A DNA stretch of 63,589 nucleotides, filler included, from Octopus bimaculoides (lineage: Eukaryota), in the NCBI RefSeq assembly GCF_001194135.2. It is 7 parts of 7 records of this genome, joined end to end, with 100 filler letters (N's around TTAATTAATTAA, not from the genome) between each part and the next. Parts side by side here need not be neighbours in the genome. Positions count along the whole stretch, not along the records: positions 28,235 to 46,259 come from NC_068984.1; positions 46,360 to 55,487 come from NC_068997.1; 5 more parts are not named here. One strand, written 5' to 3'. The translations under genes and the position numbers were made by a program. Positions 37,466 to 50,510 of the stretch are shown piece by piece; within the stretch, counting starts at the first letter, position 1; the number at the start of each line of letters is the position of its first letter. The notes beneath the pieces were generated by a model. The model was not told the DNA's origin. It saw only the letters and a program-made list of their open reading frames with translations, and did not search any database.

Positions 37466-37726
37466 GTTCTTATTAAAACTGTTTGATTCATCACCCTGCG
37501 ACTTAACATTCTCATGGAAACCAAACTTGTTCAGGCTCAATTTACCGAGCCTGAAAACTCAATTAACCGAGCCTGAATGAGCTAGGTTTTTTTGCAGGAG
37601 CTGCTTATATCATGAAATAATAACCATATGTGCAGCTCCTACAAAATGTGTGTAATACCAATTTTCTTTTGTTTATCAAATCAATCGTGCGCGCCAACGT
37701 GTGTGCATATTTTCTATCTCTTACAG

Positions 37727-37753
37727 ATGAAAATTGAACTGTGCTCATTATAA
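37727..37753 (+). other. Candidate 27-nt microexon, stop in all three frames
   Basis: Acceptor ttttctatctcttacag| and donor |gtaagt. Confidence 0.35.
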
Positions 37754-38454
37754 GTAAGTTGCTGTAAATGTCACCCACTACTGCAAAGTTACAAACTGGA
37801 TATTATCATCAAAGATCAAGTGTTTTCTTTGACTAGACACGTAATATGTTACTCTGTAGAATTACTACTTATCATCAATGCAGATAATTAACGTTGAATA
37901 ATCACTCAGGGCAAAATTAAAGCATTTCATCCCACTGTCTTCCATTTCTGCAATCCGTGGCTCTGTAACGAACATCAAATATCTATTGAGATGCTAATGT
38001 TTGCAGGGAGGAGTCTGTAGACTCTCAATTAACGTCAGTTTTATATCTTTTATATTATCCTCACAAGATAGATGGAAGTTCGTATTATTTAAATCGCGAA
38101 AATAGAAGCGCGATGTAATTAATAAACTAATTAGTTCGGATTTCTTACAGCTTAATCATTTCAATTCGTAATTAGTTTTCAAATAATCGTTCGTGTCAGC
38201 GATTTTTATGCTTTTCCGGGTTTTCTCGAACAAGTTTTCTCTACAAATGGAGAATTAAATTCTCGGCAACATGGAGTAATTATATCATATTCAGCATAGA
38301 TGAGTTCGAATCCCGACGCGATCGATTGTGCTTTCATCACAACGTGGACGACAGAAATAATACTAGCCATATAATGGGGGTATTCTAGTTACTTAAGTAT
38401 ATTCCACTAGAAATGCCTTGCTGTACACTAATGTCAGAGCCGAGCATAATCGAA

Positions 38455-39010
38455 GGCATGGCTGTGTGGTGAGTTTTAGCTTCTCAGTCGCATGGTTGCG
38501 GGTTCGATCCCACTGCGTGACACCTTTAGCAAATGCTTTCTGCTGTAGCCTCGGGCCTTGTGAGTTGATTTGGTAGACGGAGTCTAAAAGAAACCGATCG
38601 TATATGTGTGTGTGTGTGTCTGTTTCTCTGTGTGTGTGTTTCTCTGTATGTGCGTGTGTATCTATGTTTGTGTATATATGCGTGTGTGTGTGTGTCTCTC
38701 TCTCTCTCTCTCTGTATGTATGTATGTATGTCTCTTCTATTTTTTAATTATAAATCTTCCACTAAGAAGGGAGCCAGATGTATGTATATGTCTTTCTGTT
38801 TCTCCCCCGACACTGCTTGACAACGAAGGCTGATTTGTTTACGTTTCCGAAACCTAGCGGTTCGCTAAGCGTGACCGATAGAATAAATACCAAGCTTAAA
38901 GAAATAAACAAAGACCAGAAGTACCGGGGTCGTTTTGCTTCATGTAAATCCTTCATGGCGGTGTTCGGGTAGGGTGGCAGTCCAATGACATCAAAAGAAG
39001 TTCTCCAGCC
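38455..39010 (+). mobile_element. SINE family A, diverged, with expanded internal microsatellite
   Basis: ggcatggctgtgtgg...ggttcgatcccactgcgtgacacc...gatttggtagacgg...aatgacatcaaaag. Confidence 0.8.
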
Positions 39011-39792
39011 GGTGAGAGAGATAAAGATCATTTAATGGACAGAGTATCAAGTTATGAGCTACAAATAGTTTCATAAAGTAGAGGCATGAGCTACGGCCGA
39101 GGCAGTAATCTCCATGCTTTCATTGCATGGCTTGAGCAAGTTACAAATCAGGACGATAGAACAAGGGAATTCAAGAGAAAAAACAAGAAGACGGATGCAC
39201 GACGTGGAATGGTGAAGAAAAATAAAAGAAAAATTAAAAAGAAAGAAGGAAGAAAACAAAAGGATTATACTAGAGCACTTGAAATGTGTCTGTCCTGTTT
39301 AAAGGTCCTTATTCTCTTAGGTTTGCGATTGTTCGGAACGGGAATATCGCTTCGTTTCTCAAAACAAAATACGGGAGAAAGTGACGATAACTAGTTACAA
39401 ACCGCTCATCAAAGAAAATAGGCTGCTAAGGAAAATACATGTGGTTGGAGTTTCAAGCAGACTACAACTTTACTTGCTACTGTAGAAACGGGCATAAATA
39501 TGTCTATGGCTTTCGATTGGCTAAAATTACCCAAAATTTGCAACCTTTAGAAAATATTAACTTCTTATTTATTAATTTATGGCAAAAAGGTATTTCATTT
39601 CCATCATTAGCATCCAACACTACATTAGTACACCAAATGTGAAAACAATTGGAAAACATTTTAAAAATGTTAAACCATTGACAGCAATAGAAAAGATTCT
39701 ATTATTGTAAATTCTAAGGAATACTGCTACGAATTCGGTCTTAGTTATTTAAACAAATTAACTTTTTACGTTACATTGAAATCCTATCTAGT

Positions 39793-39960
39793 CATAGGCA
39801 CAGTTGTGGCTGTGTGGAAAGAAGCTTGCTTCCCAACCACATAGTTCCGAGTTCAGTCGCACTGCACGTCTTGGGCAACTGTCTTCTACTATAGCCCAGG
39901 GCAAACCATAAGAAGCCTTGTGAGTGGATTTGGTAGACGGAAACTGAAAGAAGTCAGTCG

Positions 39961-40044
<84 letters not shown>

Positions 40045-40054
40045 NNNNNNNNNN

Positions 40055-40094
<40 letters not shown>

Positions 40095-40300
40095 TATATG
40101 TTTGTATGTCTGTGTTTATCCCCCACTATCGCTTGATGTCTTGATGTATTTACGTCCCCGTAACCTAGCGGTTCAGTAAAAGGAGCCTGATAGGATAAGC
40201 ATTAGACTTACAAAGAATAAGTCCTGAGATCGGTTTCTTCGAATAAAGATGGTGCTCCAGCATGGCCGCAGTCAAATAACTGAAACAAGTAAAAGAATAA
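39793..40300 (+). mobile_element. SINE family A, full length
   Basis: Head, CORE-like segment, internal (TA)n(CA)n and tail gaaacaagtaaaagaataa. Confidence 0.9.
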
Positions 40301-40354
40301 ACATCGTTTACATTCACTTCATTTAATTCTTAACAGTAATATACTCTAAGCGAA

Positions 40355-40775
40355 GGCACCGAGTCGGCAGAAACGTTAGCACGCCGGGCAATATGCTTAG
40401 CGGTATTTCGTCTGCCGTTACATTCTGAGTTTAAATTCCGCCGAGGTCGACTTTGCCTTTCATCATTTCGGGTCGATTAAATAAGTACAAGTTACGCACT
40501 GGAGTCGATCTAATCAACTTAATCCCTTTGTCTGTCTTTGTTTGTCCCCTCTATGCTTAGCTTCCTGTGGGCAATAAAGGAATGAATATCGTTTCCACGC
40601 AAAGCAAAATGCGTAGCCGCAATTTGTCCAGCTTTACGTTCTGAGTTTAAATACCACCAAGGTCAACTTTTCTTTTCACCCTTTCGGGGACGTTAAAATA
40701 GGTACCAGGTGAGTACTGGGTTCGATGCAATCGACTGGCATCATCACCCGAAATAGCTGGTCTTGTGCCGGAATT
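40355..40775 (+). mobile_element. Two tandem SINE family B copies with different 3' tails
   Basis: The first copy ends in tgtctgtctttgtttgtccc..ctgtgggcaataaag. The second, truncated copy ends in ccgaaatagctggtcttgtgcc. Confidence 0.85.
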
Positions 40776-41162
40776 TGAAATCCATATTACGCGCTCATAT
40801 ATACTGCCGTCAACGTAGAAATATTGGTAAATATTCTGTATCATTATAATTAGTCAATGATATCGTGGCAGTTTAAACTATAGAATCATGAATTAAAGTA
40901 AAAGATCAATAGAGTCCCGTGTTTATTGTACAGAATTTTTACCGGACACGGAGCAGATCTCGAGAGACTATTTAATGTACAGTGATTGATTGGAAAACTA
41001 ATTTTCTTTCTGTCGACATTTTGGTGGACCTGAAGCACTGACCTTTGTTATGATGCGAAAAAATAATCATTCCTTTATTGAATGTGTGAAATGTTTACTT
41101 CCTTTAGTGGGTGACATCGAATAATATTGTTTAATTACATAGTTTTTCTTTTTTTTTTTTAG

Positions 41163-41331
41163 GAACGTAATTGAAAACGTTAAGGGAATCGATGTTAGCG
41201 CACAGCACAACAATAATCGAAGAAAAGCAGAAAACATATCTGAAAGAACCGAAATTAATATAAAGGCGGAAATTGTTGAAAAAAGTACTTTTCCAAACTT
41301 CAAAATAAAAACTATCCGACATCAGTAATTA
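41163..41331 (+). CDS. Candidate terminal coding exon (NVIENVKGIDVSAQH...KIKLSDISN*), product unknown
   Basis: Long poly-T tract plus AG at 41161-41162, then 55 open hydrophilic codons ending in TAA. Confidence 0.4.
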
Positions 41332-41959
41332 AACTATATAAAAACGAACCCTGATTTCCACAGCATCTGCTATGATTTATTTAGGGAAAGTCAAGAAGTT
41401 TCTATTCGATATTGTAAATGGTTTAAACTAAAAGAAGAGGTTGTGTGCATGACATTTGCAAGCCCCCCGGTTGAGGGATCGATTCGGTTGTTGTTTGTAT
41501 TGAATAACTACATGGACTGTTACTGCAGGGTCAATCATGAGTGGGCGGATGGGGGAAGGAAATTTCAGACAACTGGCGACACAGCAGGTAGTAATTTGAA
41601 TAACACGAGGCCTTTTGCTAGGATACAATATTGGTTGAAAACAGGGAGATCTCAAAGTTAGTGTGAAGTGGATGTTGTACGTAACCAAATATCTCGAGAG
41701 AGCATAGGTTATTGCAGTATCTGAAGTAAAGAATAAGTGAAGAGACTACTTAGCTGGAAGATACAGGCTGAGGTGTATTGATTTTTTGGCCGCATGCAAA
41801 TCAGCTGAGAGCCTCTTTTAAAGCATGTCGTAGAATATTCCTATGTGTATCTACAGCACCGTCTCAGATGTACGGGAATATTCATCTGAATGAGTTACTT
41901 CAGATATGCAGAAAATTGATATTTGTTGCGAAGTGAAGAATGTTCTAAAATTGATGTCA

Positions 41960-42285
41960 TAGGCACAGGCGTGGCTGATTGGTAAGAAGCTTGCTTCCCG
42001 ACCACATGATTCCGGGTTCAATCTCACTGCGTAGCACTTTCGGCAAGTGTTTTCTACTATAATGTCGGGCCGACCATAACCTTGCTAGCAGATTTGGCAG
42101 ATGGAAACTGAAAGAAGACCTTAGAGAGAGAGGGAGTGTTTGTGTATGTGTCTTTGTGTCTCTGTTCGTCCACCATCACCGCTTGTCAACCGGTGTTGGA
42201 TTGTTTACGATCCAGTAACTTAGTGGTTCGGCAAAAAGAGAACCATAGAATAACTACCAGGCTTTCAAAAAAGCTATAACCTCGA
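41960..42285 (+). mobile_element. SINE family A, diverged
   Basis: ataggcacaggcgtggctg...ttccgggttcaatctcactgcgtagcac...gatttggcagatggaaactgaaagaag. Confidence 0.85.
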
Positions 42286-44352
42286 CCCAAGATTACAGTA
42301 GAAGATATTTTTTTCATTTTAAAAAAAGGTGTTGGCTCCAAGATACCAGTCTGCGAAGAAACGTTCAGCAAATATCATACTGCTACATCTGGAAACAATC
42401 TAACACGATGGTAATTATTATTATCATTTATACAATTAATGTCAGCGAAATGGCAGAATTATTTCTACGTTGTATAAAGTGCTTAGCCTAATTTCATAGG
42501 AATCATTAAGTGTTGAATTCAAATTCTGCTGAGCTAAGCTTTGTCTTTTAACACTTAGGGTTCGACGAAGTACCAGTCAAGTACTGGTGTCGATGTAATA
42601 ATCATCTTGTCCTCTCTCCACAGAATTGCAAGCCTTGAACTTTGCAATGGGCCGATGTTCCGCCAAGAGGGATTACCGTGATCTCGAGCAATCGGTGTTA
42701 TGATCCGTAGGATTGAAAAAAAGTCAAAATAAATAAGATATCTAACTATCATATCTTAAATACATTACTATAATTTTGTTCTATATCTAATTGAATAATG
42801 TATAATATTGTTTATAATAATACATCACTTGACTTTTATGAGATAATTATATTACAAGAACTACTTAAATTTTAAGTAGACCATTCAATCTACTGAAAAT
42901 TTGCAATTTTATTCGGAGATACACAACGAATATATGATATGAAATATCAGCGAAAATATTCATTTGAGATTCCATTTTGATCGTTCTTGTAATGCAATAT
43001 TACACCATTTCTAAAAAAATTCTTTGAATCAGAAATCTTGCAAAACAAATTCATAAACGCAATTTCTTTGACTAATATTGTCAATACGATATTTATGCGG
43101 TTGGATATTTTGAAATTTAAAGATAATTCATTGAGATAATCTCCGATATCCAGTGTATAACGATGTAACATATAAAAGGATTTATGTGTAAGTTTGATCA
43201 TGAGTACTAAATTGTTCAATGATTAGATTAGATTTGATACTTAAATGCATGCGATATTAATTTGTCTAATGTGTTATAGAACGTACCTATCGGCTTAATA
43301 GCCGAAACTGCATGATAGGATGTTTGTGAACAACAATACGCGTGTGGAAAGCAGTTGACACTTCGGTACCAGTATTCAATCTGACCTGTCAACCATGTCT
43401 CAAAAGTATAAACGGTGCATCGGGAAAACAGTGTGCTTATGGGTGTCAGTATGCTGTATATGTGTGTATGACTGTATGTGTGTGTGTGTGTGTGTGTGTT
43501 TGTGTGTGTATGAATGTATAAGTATGAGTGTTCAGGAAACGGTGCAAACATTTTGGAGATCTTTTGCTTGCACTTGAGATCATGGCGCTTCCAAGTTCCA
43601 GAGCCTCATACTGGTATTCTTGCCCAGACTTGTATCTTGATCAGACCCGTAGACTGAAGAAGGTCTGTGAGTTGTTGCGAAAGACTTATTGCACCAAACA
43701 AATTTAGGCGCGGTGACTTTCCGAGCAAGCGGAGGACATGGAAGTTGCGGGATTGAGCCTGGGTGGAGACAAATGCTAGTGCAATAAACTCATGCACGGG
43801 CATTGCAGCTATTTTGCTCAGGCAATGGTTAGTGATGGTCTTCCTCAGTCACCAGTCACCAGTGGATTGCTATCATCTGACAGCAATAGCAGCCATATAT
43901 GTATAACTCTTTCTCTGTGGTAATTAAAAATAAAATATGGTAAAAGCTCTAAGAGGATTTCCATTCGAAGACTGATATACAAATCGATTGTAATTTTCTG
44001 TTTTTGAATGTTTATCTGATTTAGTTAAATCCTGCTCACTTTTCTGTGCTTCGTTATAGGTATATAAAAAAGTCGCTTCCAACAATATTCATCTCTATTA
44101 TAAAGATACATTTATTGCTATTAATTTGATGGTAGTTCGGCAGTAGACATAGGTCATACATACAACTGGTGTGTAGGGCTATCTAATACTCTCCTGGTAA
44201 AGGTGTTGTGACAAGCACTAGGAGCGCATTACTGTGTCCCTATATATGTATATAGCTAGAGTTATACTCTCACCTTCAGTTGATAATATGATGTTTAGTA
44301 TTTTATACAAATACACATATATACATTTACATACACATACGTATGTATATGT

Positions 44353-44383
<31 letters not shown>

Positions 44384-44469
44384 CATATGCATACGTATGT
44401 ATAGGTATATNNNNNNNNNNNNNNNNNNNNNNNNNNNNNNNNNNNNNNNNNNNNNNNNNNNNNNNNNNN

Positions 44470-44500
<31 letters not shown>

Positions 44501-45437
44501 GTATATTGTATATGTTATACATATTTATATATATGTATATATTAAATAAATGTTACACATAGGTGTATATATACCTTTGTGAATTTTTGTGTGTATTGAC
44601 ATGTGCGCATGTGTAAGCATCTATGTGTGTTTCTCTACTGTGTGTAATTTCTTGAGTCTTTCTGTCTTTATTAACCTGTGAGGAATCCTTCAGCAAACCA
44701 TTGATTTGCACCATGTTCATTTATTTTTTCTTTTTATTCTCAGTTTATATTATTGTCAGTAACAAAAGAATAGAAATTATCTGTCACCGTTAATGCGTAT
44801 GTGTGCGTGATTTGTATATCGCAAACATCCAATTAAATGGACAGTTTATATTATGTTATATTTGAAAGCTACTTCTGTTCTGGCAATCAGTACGTCTTGA
44901 AGACTTCCATTAATATTTATACCGTCAGTCTTCTTTAAGTTCCGTCTTTTGTTTTCTGTTTCCTATTTAACAATATACGTCAACAAGCTCTGAAGAAAGT
45001 CTTTTCTTAAACGCAGCACTATTTTAAGGTGATTCTTCCCGAACAGAAATCTGCTGAGATGGAAAAAAAATGAAGTATTACTGAGTTGTACAACGAATAT
45101 TAACATTGAAAGCTTGTTGTTGGATGTATAGTAGCGTGAGAGTTGAATCAAATTAAACCAGTCAAGTGTTGCGGTTGAAATTATTATTTTGGACAGGTCA
45201 ATGAAAAGCTATTCTAAAGGGGGCAGACATCCCTATAAACGAAGTTGGTAACTCCAAAGAAGCAGAAATATTGAATAGAAAAATCAATATGTTTGAGGTA
45301 GGTAGCGTTTAGAACGATAATAATGGTGGAAGATTCATAGAGACTGAAGCACAGATACATCTACACATTCAGTCAGCAGTAACAAATATGTGTCGTCACA
45401 TATAGCTATTCAGAAACAGACACGCACGCACACATGC

Positions 45438-45494
<57 letters not shown>

Positions 45495-45985
45495 CACACA
45501 CACACATTTACACACATACACACTCATGTTTAGAAGCACATACGCACACGTATTTTCGTGGCTTATTTACACGCGATATCATATAATATCGACAAAAATA
45601 CATACGTCAAACTCAAACAGATTCAACAATACACATGTATAATCTTCGAGCATAAAGCTAGATCCATTCTCAAATATATGTGTTACGACCACAACTACTT
45701 TAACGTTTAACACACAAATACCCTCTTAAAAAGCCATTCATTTATATACAAGAACATGTGGTTACTCATGACAAGAAGAAGAGCAACAACAATAATAAAG
45801 ACGATGATGATGATGTAGATAATGATTATATTATAGAATAAGGAACGCTTTTCATTTGGAAAGAACGAGGTAAAAGTACATGCTATCATATTATATATAT
45901 ACATGGGGATTAAGACATACTTTAAGATATTATTTCTTATATTCAATTGTTTATGTTATGATTTTATTTACTCCATGTACCCAGA

Positions 45986-46019
<34 letters not shown>

Positions 46020-46021
<2 letters not shown>

Positions 46022-46258
46022 CAACAAACCCGGGGGATCTAAAACTGCGACCCATCATACCTGGCCCAGCCTGTGAAACACACAGACTAAGTCTATTTAT
46101 GGACATCCTCCTAAAACCCCTCCTTAAACACAGAGATGACTTGGATATGCTAAATCACCTCCCAAAGGAAGTAAAGGAAGAAACAATCATGGTCTCATTT
46201 GACGTGATTCATTTATACACCAGTATACCTCATAATTATGGACTTGAGGCAATTCAAT
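46020..46258 (+). mobile_element. Penelope-like RT fragment running into a gap
   Basis: DLKLRPIIPGPACETHRLSLFMDILLKPLLK...MVSFDVIHLYTSIPHNYGLEAIQ. Confidence 0.9.
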
Positions 46259-46820
46259 TNNNNNNNNNNNNNNNNNNNNNNNNNNNNNNNNNNNNNNNNN
46301 NNNTTAATTAATTAANNNNNNNNNNNNNNNNNNNNNNNNNNNNNNNNNNNNNNNNNNNNTATAATAATAGTAGAAATTATTATTATTAAATAATATCATT
46401 ATATAATATCAGTTTAGACTAGTGGTGAACATACATAAAAATGTCTGAGGACCGTGAATTCTACTTAAATATAAACAATATGAGAGATCCCTATGTGGAT
46501 CCCTTGTATACTAGATAATGAACAGTTCAATAATTGGCTGCTGTTGTGTCGGCACTGATTTCATTGAGGAGACACAAACAACTATTGAATTGTTCATGTC
46601 GAAACCTTAAGGAGTGGAATTAAGTGCTATGTTTATTTCTTTTCATTTGTTGAGCTCGTAAACATCTAGTGCTTTACTAAGTTGAGAACACTGATTTAGA
46701 GGTAAGACGGTTGACATCTATTTTTAGCATACGAGGAATCCACATAGTGATCTTTCATATTGTTTATATATATATATACACACACACACACAAACAAATA
46801 TATTTCTGCATCTATCTATA

Positions 46821-46891
<71 letters not shown>

Positions 46892-47789
46892 TGCGTGTGT
46901 GTGTGCGCGTGCGTGTATGTGTGTGCGTGTGTGTGTGTGTGTGTGTGTAGATCCTTGGTTATATTGATTTAGAAGCTGTTGATACATGTAGATGCAAGCA
47001 AGCCACAATGTCGTCAGTGTAAAAGAGGACAGCTCACTTAATGATTGACTCCAGCCTGGAGCTGACGACAAAGATGTTTGCATGCTGCATACATGCGTGT
47101 ACATGTGCATAAGTGGATGAGGGATTAAGGTTATACATGCTCGTAAATGATTCTCATGTATGAGTGTGTGTGTGTGTGTGTGTGTTTATTGTGTGTGTGC
47201 TTATTGTATACATACTATAGACGCATATGTACACAGAATCATACACATATATGTATCTGTCTATAGACACAAACACACATATATATATGTAGACAAAGGG
47301 AGACAGATAGATAGATACATACATATACACACACATTTACATACATCTATATGCAGCAACCTGCATAAACTCATATACACTCATACATATATGCACAGAT
47401 GTATATATGCATTTATATATATATANNNNNNNNNNNNNNNNNNNNNNNNNNNNNNNNNNNNNNNNNNNNNNNNNNNNNNNNNNNNNNNNNNNNNNNNNNN
47501 NNNNNNNNNNNNNNNNNNNNNNNNNNNNNNNNNNNNNNNNNNNNNNNNNNNNNNNNNNNNNNNNNNNNNNNNNNNNNNNNNNNNNNNNNNNNNNNNNNNN
47601 NNNNNNNNNNNNNNNNNNNNNNNNNNNNNNNNNNNNNNNNNNNNNNNNNNNNNNNNNNNNNNNNNNNNNNNNNNNNNNNNNNNNNNNNNNNNNNNNNNNN
47701 NNNNNNNNNNNNNNNNNNNNNNNNNNNNNNNNNNNNNNNNNNNNNNNNNNNNNNNNNNNNNNNNNNNNNNNNNNNNNNNNNNNNNNNNN

Positions 47790-48008
47790 GGGGGGGGGTT
47801 ATGTGTCTTTGTTTTGTACCCCTGCCATCGCCTGACAACCAATGTTCGTGTGTTGACGTCCCCATAGCTTAGTGGTTTGACAAATGAGACCAACAAAATA
47901 AGTACTAGGCTTACAAAGAATAAGTTCTGGGCTCGATTTGTTTAACTAAAGGCAGTGCTCCAGCATGGCTGCAGTCAAATGACTGAAACAAGTAAAAGAA
48001 TAAAAGAA
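47790..48008 (+). mobile_element. SINE family A, 3' half
   Basis: aataagtactaggcttacaaagaataag...gactgaaacaagtaaaagaataaaag. Confidence 0.88.
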
Positions 48009-48029
48009 TATATATATGTGTGTATATAT

Positions 48030-48272
48030 ATACACCATTCAAGCAAAGCGAATGCCAGTACCACCTGACTGGCTCTCATGCCAGTAGTATGTAAAAAGCA
48101 CCCACTACACTCTCAGAGTTGTTGGTGTTAGGAAGGGCAACCAGCAGTAGAAACATTGCCAAATCGGATTGGAGCCTGCTGCAGCCTTCTGGCTTGCTCG
48201 CCCAACCTCAGTCAAACTGTACAACCCATGGCAGCATGGAAAGCGGGTGTTAAATGATGATGATGATGATTG
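48030..48272 (+). mobile_element. SINE family E (Nin-like central segment, RTE-type (GAT)n tail), partial
   Basis: ggtgttaggaagggcaaccagcagtagaaac...caacccatggcagcatggaaagcgggtgttaaatgatgatgat; second copy at 50212-50410 on the minus strand. Confidence 0.7.
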
Positions 48273-48369
48273 AGAGAAAGGAGTCAGTCAAAATTTTGGA
48301 ATGCTAATAAAGAATTATCCAAAATTCTGACTGCCTTCTTTTTCTCAATATACAATATCTGTAAGATGT

Positions 48370-48575
48370 CGAGCTGGCCGAATTGTTAGCACGCCAGGAG
48401 AAATACTTACTAGTATTTCGTCTGTCTTTACATTCTGAGTTCAAATTCCACAGAGGTTGACTTTGCCTTTCATCCTTTTGGGATCAATAATTTATCTACC
48501 AGTTGTGTACTGGGGTCAATCTAATTGACTGGCACCCACTCCCCAAAAATTTCGGGGTTTGTGCCTAGAGTAGAA
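48370..48575 (+). mobile_element. SINE family B
   Basis: gagctggccgaattgttagcacgcc...gttgactttgcctttcatcc...gtgcctagagtagaaa. Confidence 0.88.
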
Positions 48576-48735
48576 AAAATATATACAAAAAAAAATATAC
48601 AATATCTGTACACCACTTCAAACACTCTATACATACATGCATGCATGTGCGTGAGTGTGTGTGTGTGTGTGTGTGCATAAGTAAATATGTATATGTGTGT
48701 GTATGTGTGCATGTATGTGCACATGTTTTTATGTA

Positions 48736-48941
48736 TTACGGTGGTGCATAATTATTGAGGCTTTTTTAAATAAATTTTATTCAACAAAAATAATAACAAC
48801 ATTTAACAAAAACATCTTTAAATAATTATTCCTGAGCATATTCACCATCTTCTTCAATTTCTGCTTGGCGTTTTGTTAAAATTTTTTGTTGAATAAAATT
48901 TATTGAAAAAAAAAAGCTGCAATAATTATGCACCAACCTAA
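48736..48941. mobile_element. Internally deleted mariner / MITE with long TIRs and TA flanks
   Basis: TA|ttacggtggtgcataattattg ... caataattatgcaccaacctaa|TA; a residual transposase end KRQAEIEEDGEYAQE* lies on the minus strand. Confidence 0.88.
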
Positions 48942-49240
48942 TATGTGTATTTATGATTGTGGGGATGTGTATATTAAATATACACTCACACAAACTTTCA
49001 TATGCATTCTCATATTTACATACATGAATACCGAGATTAATGAAAGAACTAATTAGGTCAACGTGACAACAGGACTTTAGTATCCATAGTGACACTGTTG
49101 ACATAATTGGATGTGACAGAGTTAGGGAAAAACAGTCACACACTAATGCATTAGTTGCAATTTCTGCTATTGTTCTAAAAGACAACAGATTATTTTCTTT
49201 TAGCTGACAATTCACTTTACTTTATTCCTCATAAATGCAG

Positions 49241-49300
49241 GGGTTCAATACCCAGGACAAATAAGCTTTCTTTTGTAAGAATGTAAGAATGTTACTTCAG
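49241..49300 (+). other. Candidate non-coding (5' UTR) exon
   Basis: Pyrimidine-rich acceptor ...ttcctcataaatgcag| with upstream ctgac, and a consensus donor cag|gtaagt; stops in all frames; lies upstream of the ATG exon at 54155. Confidence 0.45.
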
Positions 49301-49547
49301 GTAAGTTTCCATTAATTTTTATCCCTATATTCTTGAAATAAAAAAAGAAAAAGATGTCTTAAGTGACCATTGTTTTGTCATTTCATTGTCTTCAGCCTTC
49401 ATCAGTAGCAGTGGTCAGTTAAATTATTTTCACTTATTTTAAAACTCACAATGCATTTAGTTGTGACATTCATAATTTAGTGCTTTTCGAGAATTTCAAC
49501 TAAGAGGATGACAAAATAACACTAATCTTCACAAGTCTCCCTCCCTC

Positions 49548-49590
<43 letters not shown>

Positions 49591-50179
49591 ACTCACTTAC
49601 TCACTCACTCTCAGTGTGGTTCAGATTTTTGGTGATGCTTTAGACAGTTAACCACTCTCAACTACAATGTTATTGTTTAGTTGGTGTGTCATGGGGACAA
49701 AACTTTAATAAAAAGAAAGGAAGAGGGAATCAGAAAGAATGGTATTCCTGCCTTTCTCTCAGACATTAGCGATTATCAAAAAGAAAGGAAATGATAATTA
49801 ATTAAAGAGACTCAATTAGAACCAAATATGTATCTATTGACCCAACTTAAAAGGGACCATACTAGTCTTAATTCTTTAACCCCCTAAGCACTCATATTTC
49901 TCTGTCTAATCTAATCCTTATTTATCCACATTATTTTCAATTAACCACACACTAATCGTTAGCTTTGGGATTTCAGTGATGTGGTTGTTTATCTAGAGAA
50001 TGACATTGCAGGGTAGGTATGAGAGATCAGATCAGTCCTGTTTGAACATATAACAAGAACAATATTTTGGTCAGATATAGCCAGGTTAAATGCTAAAGGG
50101 CTAATTAATAATCTGTATGCATCTATATATATATATATATATATATTTACATATATATAGGGCTAATTAACAATCTGTA

Positions 50180-50211
<32 letters not shown>

Positions 50212-50214
<3 letters not shown>

Positions 50215-50410
50215 TCATCGTCGTCCTCATCGTTTAATATCTGTCTTCCATGCTGGCATGGGTGGAACGGTTTGACAGGAGCCTGCACTTGATTTCAGTG
50301 TCTGTTTGGGCAGGGCTTTTACGGCTGGATACCATTCCTAACACCAGCCACCCAGCAGAGTGGACAGAATGTTTTTTTATGTGGCACAAGCAGAGGCAAA
50401 GTCAGTTTTA
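50212..50410 (-). mobile_element. SINE family E, partial
   Basis: tcatcatcgtcg...ttccatgctggcatgggtgg...ggctggataccattcctaacacc. Confidence 0.7.
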
Positions 50411-50444
50411 GCAAGGTGTTTAAAGCTGAATGCTCTGCCATATG

Positions 50445-50510
<66 letters not shown>

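Noticed and set aside
43540-43880. GC-richer segment with ~60-codon open frames on both strands
   Set aside because: No recognisable motif or convincing splice-site pair; likely a decayed repeat.
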